Part shown: piece by piece, positions 22,801 through 31,960 of the stretch
How positions within the stretch are numbered: the stretch's first letter is position 1
Layout: each line of letters opens with the position of its first letter
Assembly (NCBI RefSeq): GCF_004010195.1
Contig: NC_057718.1
Location: forward strand, 333,389-366,765
Reading direction: 5' to 3'
Source of the DNA: Chiloscyllium plagiosum
Lineage: Eukaryota
DNA: 33,377 nucleotides
Notes under the pieces: model-generated
What the model was told of the DNA's origin: nothing
The model's input: the letters and a program-made list of their open reading frames with translations, nothing else
Databases searched by the model: none
Position numbers and translations under genes: made by a program

Positions 22801-23511
22801 TGCTGGTTTTCCCATGCCTGCTGGTTTTCCCCTCCCTTACCTGTTCCTGCTGGTTTCCCCTGTTCCTGCTGGTTTTCCCATGCCTGCTGGTTTTCCCCTC
22901 CCTTACCTGTTCCTGCTGGTTTCCCCTGTTCCTGCTGGTTTTCCCATGCCTGCTGGTTTTCCCCTCCCTTACCTGTTCCTGCTGGTTTCCCCTGTTCCTG
23001 CTGGTTTTCCCATGCCTGCTGGTTTTCCCCTCCCTTACCTGTTCCTGCTGGTTTCCCCTGTTCCTGCTGGTTTTCCCATGCCTGCTGGTTTTCCCCTCCC
23101 TTACCTGTTCCTGCTGGTTTCCCCTGTTCCTGCTGGTTTTCCCATGCCTGCTGGTTTTCCCCTCCCTTACCTGTTCCTGCTGGTTTCCCCTGTTCCTGCT
23201 GGTTTTCCTATTCCTGCTGGTTTTCCCCTCCCTTACCTGTTCCTGCTGGTTTCCCCTGTTCCTGCTGGTTTTCCCATGCCTGCTGGTTTTCCCCTCCCTT
23301 ACCTGTTCCTGCTGGTTTCCCCTGTTCCTGCTGGTTTTTCCCTGTGCCTGCTGGTTTTCCCCTCCCTTACCTGTTCCTGCTGGTTTTTCCCTCCCTTACC
23401 TGTTCCTGCTGGTTTTCCCCTCCCTTACCTGTGCCTGCTGGTTCCGCCCGTGCCTGCTGGTATTCCCCCCGTGCCTGCTGGTTTTCCCCTCCCTTACCTG
23501 TGCCTGCTGGT
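19838..23511. repeat. 66-bp minisatellite derived from the exon 1 splice junction
   Basis: Unit cccatgcctgctggttttcccctcccttacctgttcctgctggtttcccctgttcctgctggtttt. There are 51 apparently identical copies at 19841-23206, two more units to about 23338 (the first with substitutions), then 29-bp and about 19-bp monomers merging into exon 1. Confidence 0.98.
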
Positions 23512-23652
23512 TGCCCTCACTCCGGGCGCCGCCTGGCTGCTGGGTTCTGCGGGGACAGCCGAGTACAGGGGGTACCTTTGGGGGTAAGTGGCAGCCTGCG
23601 CTCCCACGGGGATCGACAGGAGGCAGAGAAACTGCCAGAGAGACCGGGCCAT
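23498..23652 (-). CDS. EMILIN1: EMILIN1 coding exon 1 (signal peptide and N-terminus)
   Basis: Manual translation from the ATG at 23652 (context GAGATGG) gives MARSLWQFLCLLSIPVGAQAATYPQRYPLYSAVPAEPSSQAAPGVRATSRH plus AG|GTAAGG, a phase-2 donor. The segment has a hydrophobic signal peptide and resembles the recalled human N-terminus (MAPRTLWSCYLCCLL...ASYPPRGFSLY...ASRHRNWC). Its phase matches exon 2. Confidence 0.93.
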
Positions 23653-24240
23653 CTCCGACTCTAAACCCGACAGGGATTCCGATCAACCTCGCTCCCTCCC
23701 GGGACTTCAGCAACTTCCTGAGAAACTTCTCCAAACTGGGAAAACTTTCCTCCCGATCCCGCGACGATGTTTTCATTCAGTTGAGCTCTGAAACTTCCCT
23801 CCTTCCCTGTTTCTCACACTCTGTCTGCTTCTCTCTCTCTTTCCTGGATTTTCTTTCTCTCTCTCCCTCTATCTTCCCGAAGATTTCCTTCCCTGTTTTT
23901 CACTCTCCGCTCTCTCTCTCTCGGGGATTCACATCTGGAGTTAGTTAATCTCAGCCTCCGGAATGTTAAATATCGTTTCGCTGCCAAAAACCCTTTTTAT
24001 TCTCGGAAAACCTGAACTCCTCCCCTAGCAAAGAGGATAGGCTGCCCCAGTCCACAGAAAGTGCCCCCTGCTCTTGCCCTTATCCTCCCCGCCCCTTCCC
24101 CACATTATCCCCTCCCCTGCTCCTCTCTCTCCCTCCCAATTCTCCCCTTCTGTCCTGTCCTGACCTCTTGCCTCAGCTCTGCCTGGTCACATTTCACTGC
24201 TCCTCATTTGCTAACAATATCCAGTGCCCCCCCCCCCCCC
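23653..24240 (-). promoter_or_regulatory. Putative EMILIN1 5'UTR and proximal promoter
   Basis: Non-transposon, relatively CpG-rich sequence immediately upstream of the ATG. It has a GA-rich tract on the minus strand, a GC box (CCCCGCCCC near 24086-24094) and a TATA-like AATAAAAAG on the minus strand near 23993-24001. The transcription start cannot be determined from sequence. Confidence 0.5.
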
Positions 24241-25227
24241 CATCAACAGACAGAGCTGGGGTTCACAATGTGCCAAAGTTAAGGTTTTATTTAATGCCTG
24301 AAGGGACGGGATTCAGGGAAATAATTCCAGAGTTTAGGGTTAAACAGCATTGATGAAACCTGCTGTCCACCAGTAAAGGTCAGAGCCCTATCAGAGGGAG
24401 GGGTGTATTAAATCAGACAACAGCAGAGGACAGAAATGGGAGGGTACAGAGACCTCCAGGAATGGTAGAACAAGAGGAAGTTACAGAGAAGGTAAGGCCA
24501 TGGAGGAATTTGAAACAGGATGAGAATTTTAAAATGGAGGCACAGTTAGAATCTGCTTTCTCGGCAGGTTCTGTGACCTTTGTCTGATTTTTATTTAAAG
24601 GATGACAAACTCCTTCTGTGTTCTCATGTTTGTTTTGAAATCTCTACATGGTACATTTACCAGAAGCTGACTAGATCTTCGGGGTGACTTTGAGAAAGCC
24701 TAGCCTCAATTCCCAGCACCACACTTCAGTCTTGGCCAGCACTTTCATGATGAAGAGGGCCCCAGGGAAAGTTTGTGGAGCTTTAATCTGTGACCAAGAG
24801 GAAGCACACAGTCAGTATTGTCAGCACAAATATCTGAGCCAGACAGACAGACATCCTGAGAAGAACACCAGGATTGACCCACATGAAAGTACCATTGAGG
24901 ATCAGAGCCAAGAGCTCACTGTTGGCAGAATTCCACCTTCATTGTCTCTGTTATACTTACTCTGCCGCACTCTTTTTTGTGAATCCATTTCTCCTGTCAT
25001 CACCTTTTTTTCATTCATTCATTTATTGGGTATTTTTTGTCGATTCCTAATTCCCTAGTTGCCAGTTGAATTGATTGGTTTGCTAGGGCCATTTCAGAGA
25101 ACATAGCAGCACGGACATAGACCCTTCGATCCAACTCATCTACACTGACCAAGTTACCTAAACAGAACAAATCCGATTTATCTGCATTTTGCCCATATCC
25201 TTCTAACCCTTCCATGTTGGATATAGG

Positions 25228-26045
25228 AGGAGAAAGTGAGGACTGCAGATGCTAGAGATCAGAGCTGAAAATGTGTTGCTGGAAAAGCGCAGCAGGTCAG
25301 GCAGCATCCAGGGAACAGGAGAATCGATGTTTCGGTCATAAGCCCTTCTTCAGGAATGAGGAAAGTGTGTCCAGCAGGCTAAGATAAAAGGTAGGGAGGA
25401 GGGACTTGGGGGAGGGGCGTTGGAAATGCGATAGGTGGAGGGAGGTCAAGGTGAGGGTGATAGGCCGGAGTGGGGTGGGGGCGGAGAGGTCAGGAAGAAG
25501 ATTGCAGGTTAGGAAGGCNNNNNNNNNNNNNNNNNNNNNNNNNNNNNNNNNNNNNNNNNNNNNNNNNNNNNNNNNNNNNNNNNNNNNNNNNNNNNNNNNN
25601 NNNNNNNNNNNNNNNNNNNNNNNNNNNNNNNNNNNNNNNNNNNNNNNNNNNNNNNNNNNNNNNNNNNNNNNNNNNNNNNNNNNNNNNNNNNNNNNNNNNN
25701 NNNNNNNNNNNNNNNNNNNNNNNNNNNNNNNNNNNNNNNNNNNNNNNNNNNNNNNNNNNNNNNNNNNNNNNNNNNNNNNNNNNNNNNNNNNNNNNNNNNN
25801 NNNNNNNNNNNNNNNNNNNNNNNNNNNNNNNNNNNNNNNNNNNNNNNNNNNNNNNNNNNNNNNNNNNNNNNNNNNNNNNNNNNNNNNNNGGCGGATGATA
25901 CGTTGTACATGGAGGTTGGTGGGGTGGTAGGTGAGGACCAGTGGGGTTCTGTCCTGGTGGCGGTTGGAGGGGCGGGGCTCAAGGGCGGAGGAGCGGGAAG
26001 TGGAAGAGATGCGGTGGAGGGCATTGTCGACTAGGTCTGGCGGGA
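25228..26045 (-). mobile_element. Young PLE 3' portion (same family as 5333-6709) containing an N gap
   Basis: The reverse complement matches 5880-5985 and 6520-6700/9764-9893, and it retains many CpGs. Confidence 0.88.
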
Positions 26046-26684
26046 AGGTTTGCTCCCTGAGCTGGAAGGTTCATTTCCAGACGTTTCATCACCCTACTAG
26101 ATAACATGTTCAGTGGGCCTCAGGCGAAGCACGGCTGATAATTCCTGGTTTCTATTTATATGTTTGGGTTTCTTTGAGTTGGTGATGTCATTTCCTGTGG
26201 TGACGTTATCCCAGTCGAAGTGGTGTCCTTCCTCATCTGTATGTGAGGATACTAGTGAGAGAGGGTCATGTCTTTTTGTGGCTAGTTGATGTTCATGTAT
26301 CCTGGTGGCTGGTTTTCTGTCTGTTTGTCCAATGTAGTGTTTGTTACAGTCCTTGCACGGTATTTTGTAAATGTGCAACAAGCAAAACTAATGTCATTAC
26401 TACTCTCACAAGTATCCTTACATAGGTATGAGGAAGGATACCACTTCGACTGGGACAACACATCCATCCTCGGACAAGCCAAACAGAGACATGCACGAGA
26501 ATTCCTAGAAGCATGGCATTCCAACCGTAACTCTATCAACAAACACATTGACTTGGATCCCATTTACCCCACCTCTGAGAAAAGGAACAGGAAGTGACTT
26601 CACCACAGGAAATGACATCACCAACCCAAAGAAACCCAAACATATAAATAGAAAGCAGGAGCTTTCAGCAGTGCTTTGCCTGAG

Positions 26685-26728
26685 GCCCACTGAAGATGTT
26701 ACTTAGTATGGTGACGAAACGTCTGAAA
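26685..26728 (+). ncRNA. Minimal type I hammerhead ribozyme-like motif
   Basis: Reads CA-CTGAAGA-T-GTTAC-ttagtatg-GTGAC-GAAA-C-GTC^TG. The core is intact, stem II has 5 bp including one G-U pair, the triplet is GUC, and the stem III region contains palindromic ACGT. Confidence 0.72.
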
Positions 26729-27179
26729 ATGAACCTTCCAGTTCAGTGAGTAAACCTGCATCCAGAACCTGAACCTGAGCTACAAATCTTCTCCAAACTC
26801 GCTAAGACCTTCCGTGTCCATGTACTTGTCCAAATGTCTTTTAAATGTTGTAATTGTATCCACCTCTACTATTTCCCCTGCAGTCAAAGGTCTTTCTCAC
26901 TGTTGTTGGTCTGGAGTCACATGTCGGCCAGGCAGGGTGGCAGATTTCCTTCCCGAAAGGACATTAGTGAACCAGATGGGTTTCTAAGAACAGAAAATGG
27001 CAGTTACATGATTGTGATCAGGCTACGTTTTATTGAATTCCCCACAGTCTTAGTTTGGGGTTCTGCATTACTAGTCTAGTGACATTGGCATACATCACTG
27101 CCTCCCTAGAGCTCCTTATCTCTGCATATCCTCTTCCATTTTGCTTGATGGCCCCTGTCCACTTCCTCCCAGGACCTTA

Positions 27180-28790
27180 GCTATTCACAAACATGTTAAT
27201 GATTTAGATGAGAGAACTAAAAATATCTCAAAATTTGCCAATGACACAAAGCTGGGTGGGAGGGTGAGCTGTGAGGAGGATACAAAGATATTGCAGTGTG
27301 ATTTGAACAGGCTGGGGAAGTGGGCTAATGCATGGCAGATACAGGATAATGTAAATGAATGTGAGGTTATCCATTTGTAGGACGGGAAGGCAGACTGTTT
27401 TCTGAATGGCTGTAAAGTGAGACAGGGAGAATGTTCAACAAAACACCTGGATGTCCTTGTACACCAGTTGCTGAAAGTGAGTGCGTACATGCAGCAGACA
27501 GTGAAGGAGGCTTTCAGTGCAGGAGGATTTGAATACAGGAACAAGGATATCTTAGGAATCCCTGACACATTAAAGGTATTCACCCTGTTCCTGATCCCCA
27601 CATAAACCAGGTCTTCCATTGGCTATGTTTAGAACATAGAACAGTACAGCACAGAACAGGCCCTTCAGCTCATGATGTTGTGCCGACCATTGACCCTCAT
27701 GTATGCACCCTTAAATTTCTGTGACCATATGCATGTCCAGCAGTCTCTTAAATGTCCCCAATGACCTTTGTTAGTGTTATGCAGATTCCATTCTCTTCTC
27801 TTACTATCCTGGCCATTACATTATACTCAGGACCATAACATTATAGAAAAAGAAGCCAGAGTAGGCCATTTGGCCCATCCACTCTGCTCCACAATTCAAT
27901 ACAGACCATGGTTGATTTGGTTATGGCCTGAATGCCACAAGGCACTTTTGCCTTCCCCATAATCATTCATCAATTATCTGTTTAACTCAGTTTTGAATAT
28001 ATGCAGTCAAAAATCACACAATACCTTGTTATAATACACCAGGATTATTTGAAACCGCATGCTTTCGGAGTCCCCACTCCTTCCTCAGGCAGATTGTCCA
28101 ACATTGTTACCTTCACCTCATGAATATATTCAACAGTGTAGCGAGTGCTGCTTTCTGTGGAAGAGAATTCCAGATGCTGACAAACCCTCTGGGAAATCCT
28201 CTAAATCATCTCTGTCTTAAATGGGAGCACTCTCATTTTTAAACTGTACTTCGTAGTCCTAGATACCCCTGTGAGGGGAAAGATTCTCTTGGTCACCATC
28301 TCCATTCTGTCAAGCCCCCTCAGAACCTGATTTATTTTAAGAAGATCACCTCTCAATCTTTTGAACTCGAATGAGTTTAGTCCCAAAACAAGTAAAGTTT
28401 ATTTGAGCTGCTTCCAATGCAAGAATATTCCTCCTTAAATAAGCAGACTGAACCTGCATACTGCACACCAGGGTCGGTCTCACCAACGCCCTGTATGCTT
28501 GTGGTAAGTCTTCCTTACTTCCATCCTCCACTCCTTCCCACAATAAAGAGCTACGTTCTATTTGTTGTGCTATATCCACAGGCTAATTGTTTTTTTATCA
28601 TTCTTTTACAAAGACACCCATATCCCCATGTACTGCAGCATTCTGCACTCTTACTTAAATTATATTCTGCTTTTCTGTTGCATCTACAAATGTGAACAAC
28701 CTCGCATTTTCCAACAATGTATTCCAAGTGCAAAACCTTTGCCTATGCTTATATCCATTTACATCCCCATGCAGTCGCTACATCGTGCAT
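27180..28790. mobile_element. Old CR1 fragments (plus 27180-27560; minus 27630-27765 and 27830-28790)
   Basis: Encodes NDLDE..ISKFANDTKLGG on the plus strand, and RLRGDLLKI and YRALVRPTL on the minus strand. Confidence 0.78.
28003..28120 (-). mobile_element. 118-bp insertion with hammerhead-like core
   Basis: TSD tgaatatat at 27994-28002 and 28121-28129. The minus strand reads CTGAGGA-A-GGAGT-gggg-ACTCC-GAAA. Confidence 0.75.
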
Positions 28791-28899
28791 TCATGTGATG
28801 TAGGCATCACTAGTATTTGTTACCCATTCTAACTGCTTGTGAGAAAGTGGGGGCGAGCTGTGACAAAACAATTTATCTATCATTAGTACAGATACTAAT

Positions 28900-30840
28900 T
28901 ACAAAAGGCAGCTACAATAGGCAGCTACAAACTGATGAAGCCCTCGAGGGGTATAGAGAAATTAGGAAGGAACTTAAACGTGGAATTAGGAAGGCTAAAA
29001 GGGGCCATGAAATATCTTCAGCAAACAGGATCAAGGAGAATCTCAGGGCCTTTTGTGCAGATATTAAAACAGAGAGGGAAGTTATGCATGAAGCCACAAG
29101 AGGTGGGAGAGATCCTTGCTGAGTACTTTGTATCAGTATTCATCAAGAAGTAGGGCATATCTGACGTTGAGGTTAGGGATGAGTGTGTTATCCAGGGAAT
29201 GTCAACATATTGAAGGAGGAAGCTTCTGGTATTCTAAACTGCATTAAGGTAGGTAGGTCCCCAGGGCCAGATGGGATCTATCCCAGGCCTCTGTAGGAGA
29301 CAAAGGAAGAAGTAGCTGGGACATTAACAGATGATGTCTTCACATCCTCTTTGACCACACGCAAGGTTCCAGAAGACTGGAGATTAGCCAGTGATGTTCC
29401 TTTGTTTAAGAAAGGAATCAGGGATCATCCAGGAAATTATCAGCTGGTGAGCCTGACACCAGTGGTGAGGAAGCTCTTGGAGAAAGTTCTGAGGGACAAG
29501 GTGTGTACATTTGGAAGGAAATGGACTAGTTTTGCACAGGGAAGGTCATGTCCCAATAACCTAATTGAATTTTTTGAAGAGGTGAAAATGATCATTGAAG
29601 AGGGAAAGGCTGTGGATGTAGTTTATATGTATTTTAGCAAGGCATGTGATTAGGTCCCATGTGGCAGATTGTACAAAAATTAAAATCACACGGGATTCAG
29701 GGTAGGCTGGCTAGAAGGATACAAAACTGGCTTGGTCAGAGAAGACAGAGGGTAGTGGTGGAGGGGGGTTTAGAATGGTGACTGGCAACTAGTGGTATTC
29801 TACAGGGATCCATCTTTGGTCCTTTGTTGTTTGTAGCATATATAAATGAACTGGAGGAAAATGCAGATGGTCTGATTGGAGGATTGCAGATGACACAAAG
29901 ATTGGTGGACTTGCTGATAGTGCCAATGACTGTGAAAGGATACAACCGGATATAGATAGTTTGGCAATTTGGGCACAGACATGGCAGATGGAGCTTAACC
30001 CAGACAAATACAATGGGATGCATTTTGGAGAATCAAATTTAAGTGGGAATTGTCCTGTAAATGGCAGAACCCTTAGGAACATTAACATACCGAGGGATCT
30101 GGGTGTGCAGGCCCACAGTTCCTGAAAAGTAGCCACACAGGTGGCCAAGGTGATTAGGAAGGCATATGGCAGGCTTGGGCCTTCATCAGTGGGACATGGA
30201 GTACAGGAGTTGGCAAACAGTGTTGCAGTGATATAAAAACCTTTGTTAGGCTCCATTTGGAACATTGTGTGCAGTTTTGGTCGCCATTCTACCAGACGTA
30301 CCATACTACCAGACGTACCATACTACCAGACGTACGTGGAAGCTTTGGAGAGAGCGTGCAGAGAAGGTTCACCAGGGTGTCGCCTGGTCTCAGGGGCCTT
30401 GGCCAATGGGGAAAGGTTAAACAGACTAGGATTGTTTTCACTGGAAAGATGGCGGATGAGAGGAGAACTGATAGAGGTCTACACAATTGTGAGAGGCACA
30501 GAAAGGGTGGATAGTCAGCGGCTTTTGCCAAGTGTTGAAATTTCAATTACAAGGGGACATAGGTTCAAGGTGAGGGGGGGGGGGAGTTTAAGGGAGATGT
30601 GCGAGGGACACTTTTCATGCAGAGAGTGGGAGGAGCCTGGAACACACTGCCAGAAGCGGTGGTGGAAGCAGGCATGTGGGGGACATTTAAGAGGCTGCTG
30701 GATGGTTACATGAATAGGGAGGGAGTAGAGGGATATGGAATGAATAAGGACAGGTTTGTTTTATGGTTTAGTTTGGGCAAGATGATCAGCACAGGCTTGG
30801 AGGGCCAAAGCACCTGTACTTCTCTATTGTTCTTTTGTAT
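28900..30840 (+). mobile_element. Decayed CR1 ORF2
   Basis: Encodes ELKRGIRKAKRGHE, VPEDWRLASDVPLFKKG, GILQGSIFGPLLF and MRGELIEVY, followed by the 3'UTR. Confidence 0.9.
30284..30334 (+). repeat. 17-bp tandem triplication inside a CR1
   Basis: Three copies of ccat(t/a)ctaccagacgta. Confidence 0.9.
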
Positions 30841-30979
30841 ATCTCTCCCTGTCTAAGTCCTGAGACATAGGCCCAGTCTTTTTCTAGGAGCTTCTCTTGG
30901 TGCATTTTCGCAGGTCAGGCAGCATCCAAGGAACATCAAAGTCAACGTGTCAGGCAAAAGCCCTTCAACAGGAGTGTAA

Positions 30980-31960
30980 CAAAGTCTGGATAATATCCGG
31001 GAGCTTAACTGAAAAGTGACAAGTAACAAATATTGGCAGCACACAAATGTGAGGCAATGACTATCTCCAACAAGAGAGAACCTAAACATTCCATCACTGA
31101 CACCATCCAGGACAAAGCAGCCCAAATGATTGGTAACATATCCACAAACAACCACTCCCTCCACCACCAATGCTCAGTAACAGCAGTGTGTGCTATCTAC
31201 AAGATACACTGCAGAAATTCACCAAAAATCCTCAGACAGCACCTTCCAAATCCACGACCACTTCCATCTAGAAGGGTAAGAGCAGCTGATTCATGGGAAC
31301 ACCATCCCCGCGAGTTCTCCTCCAAGCCATCCTGACTTGGAAATATATCGCTGTTCCTTCACTGTTGCTGGGTCAAATTCCTGACCAATTACCACCCCTT
31401 CAGTCTACTCTCGATCATCAGTAAAGTGCTATCAAGCAGCACCTGCTCAGTAATAACCTACTCAGTGATGTACAGTTTGGGGTTCGCCAGGGCATTCCTG
31501 ATGAATGGATTGCAACTCTAACAACACTCAAGAAGCTCAACACCATCCAGGTCAAAGCAGCCCGCTTGATTGGCACCACATCCACAAACATCTATTCCCT
31601 ACACTGCTGACGATCAGTAGCAGCAGTGTGTACTATCTACAAGATGCACTGCAGAAAATCAATTAAGATTCTTATACAGCACTGTCCATACCCATGACCA
31701 CTACTATCTAGAAGGACAAGGATAGCAGATACATGGGAATACCACCCCCTCAAGCCACTCCCCATCCTGACTTGGAAATACATCGCCGATCCCTCACTGT
31801 AGCTGGGTCAACTTCCTGGAATTCTCTCCCTTAGGGCATTGTGGGTCAACCTACAGCATGTGGACTGTAACGGTTCAAGAAGGCAGTTGATCACCACCTT
31901 GTCGAGGGCAACTAGGGATGGGCAATAGATGTGAGGAACAATAAATGTGAATAATAAAAA
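30980..31960 (+). mobile_element. Two tandem 3' fragments of the L2/CR1-like LINE family
   Basis: 31098-31380 is repeated at 31540-31815 (DTIQDKAA.MIG..HSLHHQCSVTAVCAIYKIHC); A-rich tail near 31950. Confidence 0.75.

Larger units (their letters stand above)
25218..26807 (+). mobile_element. PLE with inverted 5' segment (GIY-YIG 3' end)
   Basis: The minus half encodes IYKIPCKDCNKHYIGQT..RIHEH; the plus half encodes HFDWDNTSILGQAKQRHAREFLEAWHS. The terminal repeats are inverted. Candidate TSD ccttcc(a/g)tgt at 25208-25217 and 26808-26817. Confidence 0.85.
25100..26878 (-). mobile_element. CR1 3' end split by a PLE insertion (25100-25217 and 26808-26878)
   Basis: The sequence cccatatccttctaacccttcc resumes as catgtacttgtccaaatgtcttttaaatgttg, collinear with 7465-7530 and 1945-1995. 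Confidence 0.82.
25020..27107 (-). mobile_element. tRNA-derived SINE split in two (25020-25099 and 26879-27107)
   Basis: tRNA-like head gggaggcagtgatgtatg...cactagactagtaat near 27107. The tail ggcaactaggga is shared with the LINE end at 31907. The continuity of the two halves rests on recall of a common shark repeat. Confidence 0.6.

Noticed and set aside
19841..23497. Repeat-encoded extension of EMILIN1, or recursive splice sites
   Set aside because: An in-frame TAA follows the first donor immediately. The CAG|GT motifs have no upstream polypyrimidine tract because the sense strand is purine-rich.
19838..23511. CRISPR array
   Set aside because: There are no unique spacers and no cas genes, the context is a vertebrate intron, and the unit derives from the adjacent exon junction.
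19638..23948. 1436-aa and 1280-aa plus-strand ORFs
   Set aside because: They arise from a stop-free 66-bp unit (a multiple of 3) read antisense to EMILIN1. They start at non-ATG codons in a PLE fragment and encode only a repeated 22-mer.
27040..27107. tRNA gene
   Set aside because: It is a degenerate SINE head with no cloverleaf and no recognisable B box.
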